DNA from: Candidatus Obscuribacter sp.
Lineage (GTDB): Bacteria; Cyanobacteriota; Vampirovibrionia; Obscuribacterales; Obscuribacteraceae
Length of the DNA stretch: 64,000 nt
Assembly (NCBI GenBank): GCA_021772135.1
Contig: JADYXQ010000026.1
Span: 340-64,339 of the forward strand
Direction: 5' to 3'
The notes below the pieces were generated by a model. The model saw nothing but the letters and a program-made list of their open reading frames with translations. It was not told the origin of the DNA and did not search any database. Shown here piece by piece: positions 55,584 to 64,000 of the stretch. Every line of letters starts with the position of its first letter. Position 1 is the first letter of the stretch. The translations under genes and the position numbers were made by a program.

Positions 55584-57212
55584 ATGGCTCAAATGGATAA
55601 CAGCTTGATTGTGACCTCAACCGAAACAGATAGATGGCCCGCTGAGGCAGGCGGTTTTGCCGCCTGCCTGGCTGTCGCACTGGCCATTGACACTCTGGCC
55701 GCCGCCTGGCACTGCGCGATGCCCGATGCCATTACCGGCGATGTGGCCATGTATTTGCAATGTGGACAACTGGTTTTGAGCGGGCAAATTCCTTTTCTTG
55801 ACCTGGTGGACGTTAATCCGCCGCTGATCATGTTTCTCAATGTCTTTCCGGCCTTGATGGCCCGCCTGTGCGGTATGCCTTTAGAGCTGGCCGGGGCGCT
55901 TTTCATGGGAATAGTCAGTCTGGCCGCCACTCTTCTCACGGCATTAATACTGAAAGAATTTCTTTGCGAAAATTACAAACGCTTTTTCGGCCCGATTTTG
56001 CTTACAGGGGCGGTGATAAACGCCCTGGTAACTTACGACTATGGCCAGAGAGAACATTTTTTTGCCATCGTCTGGCTGCCGTTTTTTTTCTTACGTTGGT
56101 CCCGTTATGAAAATCCAAACGCAATTAGCGGTAAGTTCGGTAACACATTGGCCGCTCTCTGTGGAGCGGCATTCGGTCTGGGTTTTGCTCTCAAGCTCTA
56201 TTTCGCAGTGATTCCTCTGGCCTGTGAATTTTACTGGCTGGTTGCGGCGAAAAAAACAAAGGCCGAAAAATTAGCTTTGCTCTTTAGCGCCGAAATTTTG
56301 TCTTGCACTTTTGTACTCTTATTGTATGGACTCTATTTTTCATTGATGCCGGCCGCTGCCCATCAGGTTTTCTTCAATGAAGTGATGCCCCTGCTGGTGA
56401 GCGCTTATTCCGCCTTTAATGCCAGCGGATTCTCAATGGCCAATGTTTACTGGTGGCCGGTGTTGGCTTTTGTTATAGCATCGTTGCTGGTGGCAGCCTG
56501 GTGTCGCCCCCCGCGCGCCCTTGCAATTCCGGTAATCATTAGCCTGGTGGCAGGCTTTGCCCTGGTAGAGTTTCAGCACAAGGGCTGGACTTATCATGGC
56601 ATTTCCATGTTGCTTTCTGCCCTTTTGCTTTTTTATCTATCGCTCTGGCCGAAAATTGACAAAGTAAAAATGCGCTTCTGGATTACCACCATAAGCTCTG
56701 TATTAGTGGCTCTGGCTGCTTGTCTCTGGATGACCTCCGTGCATCAAAAACTAGAGGCATTGACCAGCTGGCAAAACAGAATCGGCAATTATGCTATTAA
56801 CGGACAGAGCGTTCTATATCTCGATACTTCTGATTGTCCCTGGTATGTCTACTCGGCAAATGCGGGCCTTATGCCAGGTTCGCGATATCTCTGGCTTTTC
56901 AATTTGCCCATGTGCGAATACAAGCGTGCGCACATTGCAAGTGATGCCGCCCTGAAGCCTGACGAGAAGGCGCGTCGCCTGGCTGGCGTAGAAGCTGATG
57001 TGCAGGCAATTGTGGATAATCTGGTGGCAGATGCTAAGCAAAGGCAACCGGTTGTGGTGCTCTGTCGCACCGGCAATTGCTATAGCATGAAACCTGATTT
57101 CGACCTGCTTGCTTATTTGCGTAAATATGGCTTTGAGCGCGCGCTTTCAGCCTATGAAGAGAAAGAACGAATCAATGATTTTGTTGTTTTTAAAAGAAAA
57201 AGCGCAAATTAA
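55584..57212 (+). CDS. polytopic membrane glycosyltransferase, GT-C fold
   Basis: About 12 TM helices plus a C-terminal soluble domain. Paralogous in layout to 7731..9311. Confidence 0.65.
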   Translation: MAQMDNSLIVTSTETDRWPAEAGGFAACLAVALAIDTLAAAWHCAMPDAITGDVAMYLQCGQLVLSGQIPFLDLVDVNPPLIMFLNVFPALMARLCGMPLELAGALFMGIVSLAATLLTALILKEFLCENYKRFFGPILLTGAVINALVTYDYGQREHFFAIVWLPFFFLRWSRYENPNAISGKFGNTLAALCGAAFGLGFALKLYFAVIPLACEFYWLVAAKKTKAEKLALLFSAEILSCTFVLLLYGLYFSLMPAAAHQVFFNEVMPLLVSAYSAFNASGFSMANVYWWPVLAFVIASLLVAAWCRPPRALAIPVIISLVAGFALVEFQHKGWTYHGISMLLSALLLFYLSLWPKIDKVKMRFWITTISSVLVALAACLWMTSVHQKLEALTSWQNRIGNYAINGQSVLYLDTSDCPWYVYSANAGLMPGSRYLWLFNLPMCEYKRAHIASDAALKPDEKARRLAGVEADVQAIVDNLVADAKQRQPVVVLCRTGNCYSMKPDFDLLAYLRKYGFERALSAYEEKERINDFVVFKRKSAN

Positions 57213-57218
57213 CATCGA

Positions 57219-58621
57219 TTAGTGTAGCGGGTTTAGTGCCTCACTTGGTATGTCGGAATTGGCGGCAACGTCGACAAACCTCAAGTGCTTGACCTGATTT
57301 CGGCTCTTTCCATTGCACCAGAATTCTTTCGGCCGCACTGTCACTGTATTGAGTTTCGGCATTTTCAAAAGCACAGGTAAGACTTTGTCTGTAATACCGG
57401 TGTCGTTGATGGCTAAATGTTGCAGATTTTTTAGCTGCGACAAATAAGTAATGGAGTGATTGTCAATTTTTCGATTGAAGGAAATGTCCAGGTGCCTGAC
57501 CGATGTGAGGTAGACGAAATTTGCACATTCTTCTTTGGCGAGGGCGGTGCGGCCCAAAGACAATTCATAAAGATTGGGCAGAATGGGCTTGAGTTTGGCC
57601 ACACTGCCGGGCGTAAGTGACAACGCGCCTAAATAGAGGCGATGCAATCTCTTTAATTGATTGAGGCTAGCAAAGCCCGTGCCGACCACGTTTGTACCAC
57701 TGAGGCATAAATAATCGAGCTCTTTAAAGTGGCTATGGCCGGAAGAACTTTGTCGCTGATTAAAGTCTGGTCGAAGTCTAAGGACCGCAAATTTTTAAAG
57801 CTTTTGATATAAGTCAGCTGCTTGTCTTCGACATCAAGCTGTGCGGCGCTGAACGCTATTACACGTAACTTACCGAGCTGTTCGATAGGTTGCATCTGCT
57901 GCTGACCATCAAAAGTAAGGTGCACTTCGAGATCGGTGTTATCGGGCAAACGTACTGTGTTCTGAGCCATTACACGTACGCGGCGTACAGTTTGAGTGGC
58001 GCTGGGCCAGTAGAGAATTTCTGCCACTGCCGCTCTACTGGGAAACTTCATGGTTCGCCTGTCAGTTGTTTCAATACCGGCATCGACCGCGCCAAATGAT
58101 AGGTTTGAGAAAAGGAGCTCGCCGCTACCATGTAGCGTCGCGCAGACCAGGACATCGCGAGCAATTGCTGGAACATCTAAAACAACCGAACATTTTTGCC
58201 AGTCGCTATTGCCGGACAAACCTATGTCGTACATGGTAGTAAAACCCAAGACTACTTCGCGCACACCGGTGACTCACATCATCATCAGACCAGCCCAGTC
58301 TTTCACTTCTTTGCACGAAATATCGGCACCGAAGCAAACACGCTGACCGCGCCACTGCACGCATTTTAACTTTTGCGAGAAAGAGGCTGCCGAACTTGAA
58401 TTTTCGCCGTCTGCAGGGAGTGCACCCATGGTCTGGAGCATATAACCGCGCTCGTTATTTTCGCTACCTTCGCTACCTTCGCTATTCGCGCCCTCATGGC
58501 TGAAGACGCATGATGGTTGGCCATTGCAAGTGACAGTCTCGTCCACGGAGATTTTACTATTTGCTATTTCGCCGAAACCGGTTCTCCAAAATCGTGGATG
58601 ACGCTTTACTAGCTCCGTCAT
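57219..58621 (-). pseudogene. jelly-roll (CBM-like) + 'FP' + LRR protein broken by an in-frame TGA (58274-58276) and a 1-nt frameshift near 57720-57728
   Basis: ORFs 58274..58621 and 57653..58264 share a frame (…DWAGLMMM*VTGVREVV…). ORF 57219..57689 continues the LRR after LPAIATLK as ELDYLCLSGTNVVGTGF in another frame. Confidence 0.65.
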
Positions 58622-58665
58622 ATTTGTCCTCTAATTTTTACTTGTGTTCGCGTTTTAAAATCGAA

Positions 58666-59316
58666 TTACGGTGCCAGTATGTTGACCACAGCCACTACCG
58701 GATTGAGCTTACGCATTTTTGCATTGCTCGAAAGAATCTCTCTATCGCCAATCAATTCTTCAGGCGTGTTGGTGCCTAAAGGTGCAAGACTTAGCGTGGC
58801 ACTGAATTTGCCAGATTTGGACTTCAGCAGTGATTCAAGCTTGCCGCCATTCCAAGATAGTACGTTGCCACCGTAATCCCAATCGAAGCCTGACAATTTA
58901 AATGGTTTGCCGTTCAGTTTTTCTAATTGAACCAGTGTGGTGCCGGTTGTAATTTGATTGGGCAAATGCCAGAGACTTGGTTTGTCTTCTAGGCGAATGA
59001 CCTCGACTACGTCGCGTTTCTTCGCGTCTTTCCAGATGAATGACACTCGTCTTTTTGCATCGTTTGGATAGATAACTGTGCCATCAGCGGTTTCGCCTTC
59101 GGCTACGTGAACTGTCTGGTGTTTGACATTTTTGGCGCCGAAATTAGTTGTGAGGCTCTTTTCAGAAGTAGTCGTGCCTAAAAGAGGCGAAGTTTTGTTG
59201 GCTTCACTGATGGACAGATACGGGTATTGTGGCGCTACCTGCGCCAGAACATGACTCGTACCGTAAGTGAGAACTGCGCTGAGAGCGCCGGCATAAATTA
59301 TTTTTCGCAGCGACAT
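58666..59316 (-). CDS. secreted hypothetical protein
   Basis: ATG 59316 gives MSLRKIIYAGALSAVLTYGTSHVLAQ, a signal peptide. No family recognised. Confidence 0.55.
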   Translation of the reverse strand: MSLRKIIYAGALSAVLTYGTSHVLAQVAPQYPYLSISEANKTSPLLGTTTSEKSLTTNFGAKNVKHQTVHVAEGETADGTVIYPNDAKRRVSFIWKDAKKRDVVEVIRLEDKPSLWHLPNQITTGTTLVQLEKLNGKPFKLSGFDWDYGGNVLSWNGGKLESLLKSKSGKFSATLSLAPLGTNTPEELIGDREILSSNAKMRKLNPVVAVVNILAP

Positions 59317-59727
59317 TTGCAATTCCCCATGGCATCTTTTGATTTGGATCAGGCAGTATACGTCATCTGTGAGAAGCAAATATTTGAGATGTCATTCGTT
59401 GGTGCGCTCGAACCAGTTTGATGCGAAACCTAGGGTAAATTCTCCTTGCTTTCGCTCAGCTTCTAAGCACAATAGAGTCATCTCTTCGGGCTCTTACCAA
59501 ATGAACCTAGCAGCTGCAAAAGGCGAGGCATTAAACTCGCTCTCTTTCCTTTGCCCCTATCGCAGGAAGATCTTCGTGCTTCTGCTGTGTGTCTGCCTTT
59601 TCAGTGCATGCTTACGTCTGCTTACTGAAGTTGAATACGCCGGCAACCAGCAAGAGCAGCTCACAATCGTGGCTAAAACGCTCTTTCGGCATGCCCATTG
59701 TTCCTCAGCGGACATTGATTTCTTCAG

Positions 59728-60888
59728 ATGTTAATTTCCGCTCTTTGTGGGCGGAGGGTCTTAGAGAAAGTGTACGGCAGTTATCGTAATGAAAATCTCG
59801 ATTTTGTCAGCCAGGCATTCCGTACAGTGAGGCATGCAATTTTTGAAGGCCGTTTGACGCCGACTTCAATAGTGCCCGGCGTTGGTGCCGCATATGGTGC
59901 CAGCGCTGATCAGGCCGTTTTGCTTCTCACTGGACGGGAAGTGAGAAATTATCCCACTTTCTCGTTTGAGTGCGGCAGTTACGGCCTCGGCAAAAGCTAC
60001 GTTACGCTGAGGCAGATGGCCAGTTGGTTCAATGGCAAAGCAGTTTTTGCTAATTTTATAGAAGAGCAAAACAAAGCACTGTGTCAGGCCATGGCCAGCG
60101 AAAAGCCGGTCATTGCTACTACTGAATTGAACGGTGATTGTGCTGCTTACGGCCTAAATCCAGCTCATGCATACGCCGTCTTAGGCTATCAGCCGGAGCG
60201 TAAAATTGTTCTTTTGAAAGACCCTTCTGGACGAGGTGATTTGCACGCAGCTGGTGCTAAAACTCCCCTGGACGGGCGCGATGACTGCATTTTTAACACA
60301 TTTGCGCGTGTGCCCGTGAGAGGGCGGGAAACTCAAGGTGTATTTTCAGCGATTGCCCGTTATTCGTTCAAGTGCAACAATGGACGAAATATGGATAAGA
60401 CTTTGCGGATTATTAATGACCTGGAAAAAGAGGGCACCATTGGAAAATATGCCATTGGAGGCGCCATCGGGGCGATGTTTTACGCCGAACCTGCTGCTAC
60501 CTACGACTTGGATATTTTTTGTTACTTGCCGCATAGCGGGCTTCTCATTGATTTAGGACCCCTGTACAAAGCTCTGGCTGACAAAGGCTATTTTCCGAAT
60601 AAAGAGGAGCAAATAGTTATTGAAGGCATTCCGGTGCAGTTTCTCGTTCCACCTCCTGGTTTGGTCGAGGAGGCATTAGAGCAAGCGGGAGATGTAGTGG
60701 CTTTCGGAGTGCCTACCCGCGTTTTTACCTACGAACATCTTTTAGCAATCATGGTGGAAACAGGGCGTAGTAAAGACATTGGTAGAATCAGTGGATGTCT
60801 GGAATCAAGGCAGCCTGATGAGGGTCGATTAAAAGATATCCTCGTCAGGCATAAATTATTTGATAAATGGTCTACCATTACACCATGA
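59728..60888 (+). CDS. composite ORF: calpain/papain-like remnant (N-terminal ~220 aa) fused in frame to a minimal nucleotidyltransferase-like module (possible independent start ATG 60391)
   Basis: The N-terminal part has AHAYAVLGY...LLKDPSG (His and Asn-like boxes). The C-terminal part has YAIGGAIGAMFYAEPAATYDLDIF (GG...DxD NTase-like). Confidence 0.45.
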   Translation: MLISALCGRRVLEKVYGSYRNENLDFVSQAFRTVRHAIFEGRLTPTSIVPGVGAAYGASADQAVLLLTGREVRNYPTFSFECGSYGLGKSYVTLRQMASWFNGKAVFANFIEEQNKALCQAMASEKPVIATTELNGDCAAYGLNPAHAYAVLGYQPERKIVLLKDPSGRGDLHAAGAKTPLDGRDDCIFNTFARVPVRGRETQGVFSAIARYSFKCNNGRNMDKTLRIINDLEKEGTIGKYAIGGAIGAMFYAEPAATYDLDIFCYLPHSGLLIDLGPLYKALADKGYFPNKEEQIVIEGIPVQFLVPPPGLVEEALEQAGDVVAFGVPTRVFTYEHLLAIMVETGRSKDIGRISGCLESRQPDEGRLKDILVRHKLFDKWSTITP

Positions 60889-61085
60889 GCAATGACCGCC
60901 TAGTTTCAAGAGAAGATCAGTTTCGCGCTAAAATGGCGGGTAGACGAGCTGCTGCGGCTGCGCCAATTGAGGAAAAAATCGCTCGACTGATAGAGTTGCA
61001 GAAGATCAATAGTGAACTGGCTCGAAAATCTGGGCGTCCGGCTAAACAACCGTGGATTATTTCTGATCAAATTTCTGCCGATTAG
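60867..61085 (+). CDS. small hypothetical protein overlapping both neighbours
   Basis: 72-aa ORF with an ATG start. Overlaps the NTase-like ORF by 22 nt and the convergent amidohydrolase by 29 nt. Helical and basic. Confidence 0.3.
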   Translation: MVYHYTMSNDRLVSREDQFRAKMAGRRAAAAAPIEEKIARLIELQKINSELARKSGRPAKQPWIISDQISAD

Positions 61086-62637
61086 CGTGGCTTTCGTAAA
61101 CCACATCACCATCAATCATGGTCCAGATCACTTTAGCTGATGCAATTTTATCCGGCGGCAATTCAAAAATATTTGTGTCCAGCATGACCAGATCGGCGCT
61201 TTTGCCCGCTTCGAGGCTGCCTGTTTCTTTCTCGCTATGATTAACATAAGCACCACCGGTGGTGTAGGCGCCGACGATATCCTGCAACTGTATTTTCTGA
61301 TCGCTGTTAAGCGGCGGCTCCTGCTTCAACTGTTCCAGGTTCTTTGCTGCTGAATTGGCCAGCTCATAGCTCTGTCTAGTCACCGCTACTTGCATAGCAT
61401 CCAGTGGGTTTAGAGTCGATACGGTCCAATCAGATCCCGCTGCCAGACGTGCGCCGCCTTGCTTGATACTGTTGAAGGGATAGACCCGGGCCATGCGCTC
61501 AGCACCCAAAAGCGGTGCCGTCAGATCTTTTATGTATTTGTCTTGGAATGCCCAGGCTGCCTGGCAATTCGCTGTGATATTCAAAATTTTGAACCGGGGG
61601 TAATCATCTGGATGCACCAGCTGTATGTGAGCGATCTGATGACGCAAATCGTTTGTCGTATTCTTTGCCTGAAAGGCATCAAGAGCTGTGCAAACAGCTC
61701 TATCGCCAATGGCATGAATGTGAATTTGAAAACCGCGACGATCTAATTCTTTGACAATCACTTTTAATTCTTCTGGTGAATAATTGAGGTCGCCGCTCTT
61801 CTGCGGTCGATCTACGTATGGTGCAAGTAAAGCGGCGGTGTGCGATTCCACCACTCCATCGGCAAAAATTTTGGCCGAGCGCGCTTGCAAGCGCGGATAT
61901 CTAGAATATTTCTTTGCTTGTTTCTCCAGTCTTACGTAGGCTTCGGCTGACATCACACCGGTGTGCAAGGCCGCGACAACTTTCAGGTTTAGTTTTTTTC
62001 GCCTGGCTAAATCATAGTATGCAGTCAGTACTTCCTCATTGGCATGAGCGTCCTGGGCCGAAGTAATGCCAAATGAATTGGCGAGGGCGATAGCGTTGGC
62101 CAGGGCGTTGCTGCGTTCTTTTAGTGAGAGAACAGGTAGAACTTTTTGCACTAGAGCCAGTGCACCTTCGCGCAAGCAGCCGGTTGGCTTTCCTTGAGCG
62201 TCTAATTCGACAATGCCGCCGCATGGTGCGCTGCTTTTTGAAGTAACGACGGCCATTTGCATCGCTTTGCTGTTGAGCCAGGCTGAGTGCCCGTCTTCTG
62301 CATAAACCAGCAGCGGCCGCGATGTTGAAACACTATCAAGAATTTGCCAGGTCAGTGGAGCGGTGGCCACGGCCGGCAGGGGCAGACCGGCAGCGAGAAT
62401 CCAGTGGTGTTTGTCGTCACCGGGGTGCTCAGTTGCCGCCCAGGTTTTTAAAAGATCCAGCACTTCAATTTGACTGGTGGCTGAGTTCAAGCGACATTGC
62501 AAAAGCTCCGCTCCGCCTTCGGCAAGATGCACGTGACAGTCGTGAAAACCAGGCAATACTAAACGGCCTTCACCGTCTTGCACCTTTGTCTGTGCTCCGG
62601 TCAGGTTCTTTACTTCGGCGTCGCTGCCGACTCTCAA
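61057..62637 (-). CDS. metal-dependent amidohydrolase (Amidohydro_3 / YtcJ-like); N-terminus probably extends to ~62829
   Basis: LPGFHDCHVHLAEGG, HIHAIGDRA, GSDW motifs. The open frame upstream encodes a signal/lipobox-like peptide and the conserved 'ADLVIKNARIYT' strand, but has no canonical start. Confidence 0.85.
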   Translation of the reverse strand: MRVGSDAEVKNLTGAQTKVQDGEGRLVLPGFHDCHVHLAEGGAELLQCRLNSATSQIEVLDLLKTWAATEHPGDDKHHWILAAGLPLPAVATAPLTWQILDSVSTSRPLLVYAEDGHSAWLNSKAMQMAVVTSKSSAPCGGIVELDAQGKPTGCLREGALALVQKVLPVLSLKERSNALANAIALANSFGITSAQDAHANEEVLTAYYDLARRKKLNLKVVAALHTGVMSAEAYVRLEKQAKKYSRYPRLQARSAKIFADGVVESHTAALLAPYVDRPQKSGDLNYSPEELKVIVKELDRRGFQIHIHAIGDRAVCTALDAFQAKNTTNDLRHQIAHIQLVHPDDYPRFKILNITANCQAAWAFQDKYIKDLTAPLLGAERMARVYPFNSIKQGGARLAAGSDWTVSTLNPLDAMQVAVTRQSYELANSAAKNLEQLKQEPPLNSDQKIQLQDIVGAYTTGGAYVNHSEKETGSLEAGKSADLVMLDTNIFELPPDKIASAKVIWTMIDGDVVYESHANRQKFDQK

Positions 62638-62859
62638 TATTTTTCCAGCCTTAATGGCAATTGCGCTCTGCCAGCCGGCTACAGATGCGGTGTAAATGCG
62701 AGCATTTTTAATTACAAGATCGGCTTGCGATTGGTTTTTTGCAGATTCTCTACTGGTTGCCGCGCCGGCGCAAGACGCGGCCAGGCAGGTGGCGGTAAGC
62801 AGAGCTAATGAGGCATGGGTGAGTTTCAGATTGCTTCTCGGGCGTTGGCACAGTGGCGG

Positions 62860-63024
62860 TTACTGGCTAGATTCTGCCAGATAAGCGCTTTTCAATGCAA
62901 CATAAGCAACGATTGCGTAAACAGTGAAGAGCAAAATAAATCCCACCTGGGGAAATTTCATGGCCACTTTGAAGAAGGGCCGAGCGAACATGTCGAAAAA
63001 TAGAATTCCTGAAGCAGCGCTCAT
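62860..63024 (-). CDS. possible small membrane protein
   Basis: ATG 63024 gives MSAASGILFFDMFARPFFKV...VGFILLFTVYAIVAYVAL with 1-2 TM segments. Weak support only. Confidence 0.25.
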   Translation of the reverse strand: MSAASGILFFDMFARPFFKVAMKFPQVGFILLFTVYAIVAYVALKSAYLAESSQ

Positions 63025-63183
63025 GATTGATACCTTTATTGACTTGACCGCATTGGTTGACCGCATCAGCATGCGGTGGCTATGGTTAAGCAGTGGTTAA
63101 GGCTATGGGCATTGCTACGAAGCTGTGACGGTCGGCTAATTTAGTCGATCGGCTACATTTGTTGCCAAATTTTCATCACAGAT

Positions 63184-63223
63184 GTTGACTGTATAGTTAG
63201 CCTAGGCAGACTATACTGTCAAC
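63184..63223. promoter_or_regulatory. 13-bp inverted repeat (12/13) with 14-bp spacer upstream of the RND adaptor gene; each arm carries a TTGAC(T/A) hexamer
   Basis: gttgactgtatag-N14-ctatactgtcaac read directly. Confidence 0.35.
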
Positions 63224-63268
63224 TAAACTTACTTGATTGGTTTTTTAGTTTCGACACTGGATTGCTCT

Positions 63269-64000
63269 GTGTTTGTCATTGAACGCCGCAAAACGGCCCT
63301 CACGCACTTCTTTTTAATGGCGGCAGCGCTTGTTTTGACTGGCTGCGCTCGTGAGGAGTTTCATGGGGCGGCGCCTCCGCGCGCTACTGCAGTGAAGATA
63401 TCGCCCGTTTTGCTCAAGCCTATCAGTGACACTTCTACTTATGTGGGCACTCTCAAAAGCCGCAAGTCAGTGACCATGCGCCCTCGCGTTACCGGTTACA
63501 TTACTCAAATTTATGTGAGTTCGGGCGATGTTGTACGCGCCGGAGCCGTGCTTTTCGAAGTGGATCCGGCCAAAGAGCAAGAGGCGCTCAATACCCAGCT
63601 TGCTTCCATCGAGTCTAGTGCCGCAGAGCGCACCAGTGCCGAAGAGACGCTGCGTTCGCTCAAGGCCTCGCGCACGGCTAAGGTGGCCAATCTTGAGTTT
63701 ACTCGCAGTCAATACGCCCGCTATAAGAGTCTCAGCGCTGAAGGTGCTGTGGCCCAAGAGGCGGTAGATCAGTATGCCAATCAGCTGAAAGCGGCTGAGG
63801 CTGACCTTTCTTCTATTGACGCGCAAATACGGGCGCAAGACGCCATGTTCAACAAGAGCGGCAAGATGCTTAAACAGAGCGCGTCGCAGGCTAAAGAGCA
63901 GCGTGTTCAGTTGGCTTATTACAAGGTGATGGCGCCATTTTCTGGAGTGATAGGCGACGTGCCTGTTAAGCTCGGTCAATACGTTGATTCATCCACCGAT
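63269..64000 (+). CDS. RND efflux periplasmic adaptor (membrane fusion protein); 3' end runs off the window; absent from supplied ORF track
   Basis: My translation reads ...MAAALVLTGC (lipobox)...YVGTLKSRKSVTMRPRVTGYITQIYVSSGDVVRAGAVLFEVDP...coiled coil...YYKVMAPFSGVIGD. GTG 63269 or ATG 63317 could be the start. Confidence 0.8.
   Translation, partial: MFVIERRKTALTHFFLMAAALVLTGCAREEFHGAAPPRATAVKISPVLLKPISDTSTYVGTLKSRKSVTMRPRVTGYITQIYVSSGDVVRAGAVLFEVDPAKEQEALNTQLASIESSAAERTSAEETLRSLKASRTAKVANLEFTRSQYARYKSLSAEGAVAQEAVDQYANQLKAAEADLSSIDAQIRAQDAMFNKSGKMLKQSASQAKEQRVQLAYYKVMAPFSGVIGDVPVKLGQYVDSSTD

Noticed and set aside
63467-63979. 170-aa minus-strand ORF (and 63528-63767 +)
   Set aside because: It is antisense or out of frame to the clear RND adaptor reading frame, which runs off the window.
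1-64000. Stop-codon reassignment or selenocysteine as an explanation for the in-frame TAG (6958, 41694) and TGA (58274)
   Set aside because: TAA, TAG and TGA all terminate well-supported genes throughout the window. The affected genes also carry frameshifts. I saw no SECIS-like hairpin after 58274.
1-64000. CRISPR arrays, tRNA/rRNA genes, IS elements, integrases, prophage modules
   Set aside because: I noticed no regularly spaced direct repeats, no T-loop-like GGTTCGAATCC strings outside coding frames, and no transposase- or integrase-like ORFs.

Overview
This is a dense, chromosomal-looking 64-kb bacterial segment with roughly 55 genes on both strands. I recognised no rRNA, tRNA, CRISPR array, transposase, integrase or phage gene.

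Main blocks:
1. 1-9.3 kb: a PhyH-like dioxygenase (partial, missing from the ORF track), a Hanks kinase with a TM segment and C-terminal LRR module, housekeeping enzymes, a BT1-type transporter, a decayed LRR gene and a GT-C glycosyltransferase.
2. 9.3-13.1 kb: four translationally coupled genes of unknown function (alpha/alpha-toroid protein, Tat-exported DUF362, polytopic membrane protein, MORN/YwqK).
3. 13.6-21.2 kb: a Tad/Flp pilus locus (two flp, cpaB, tadZ, cpaF, tadB, tadC, DUF192) without a secretin or prepilin peptidase.
4. 21.2-29.4 kb: an all-minus-strand envelope glycosylation block (two GT-C, GT2, epimerase, membrane-fused spermidine-synthase-like protein) interrupted by an AT-rich AbiEi/DUF6088-like gene.
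5. 29.5-44 kb: mixed genes, including a papain-fold protease candidate with a partner ORF, TPR protein, OmpR regulator, dinB, galT-galK, a decayed kinase-LRR pseudogene and a patatin.
6. 44.2-47.8 kb: a soluble hybrid histidine kinase with HPt, co-oriented with a receiver-Hanks-kinase fusion.
7. 47.9-52.2 kb: an orphan ATP-grasp / adenylating enzyme / TauD-like cassette facing a His-tailed DMT transporter.
8. 52.3-58.6 kb: two more Hanks kinases, a GT-C protein and a broken LRR gene.
9. 58.7-64 kb: a secreted protein, a composite protease-like/nucleotidyltransferase ORF, an amidohydrolase and the start of an RND adaptor (also missing from the ORF track).

Recurrent themes are five Hanks kinase domains, a paralogous 'FPxD + LRR' module (three copies carry several lesions each), four GT-C membrane glycosyltransferases, and frame problems at homopolymers that could be real or assembly artefacts.

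Taxon cannot be established from the sequence alone. All family calls come from motif recognition by eye, not from searches.
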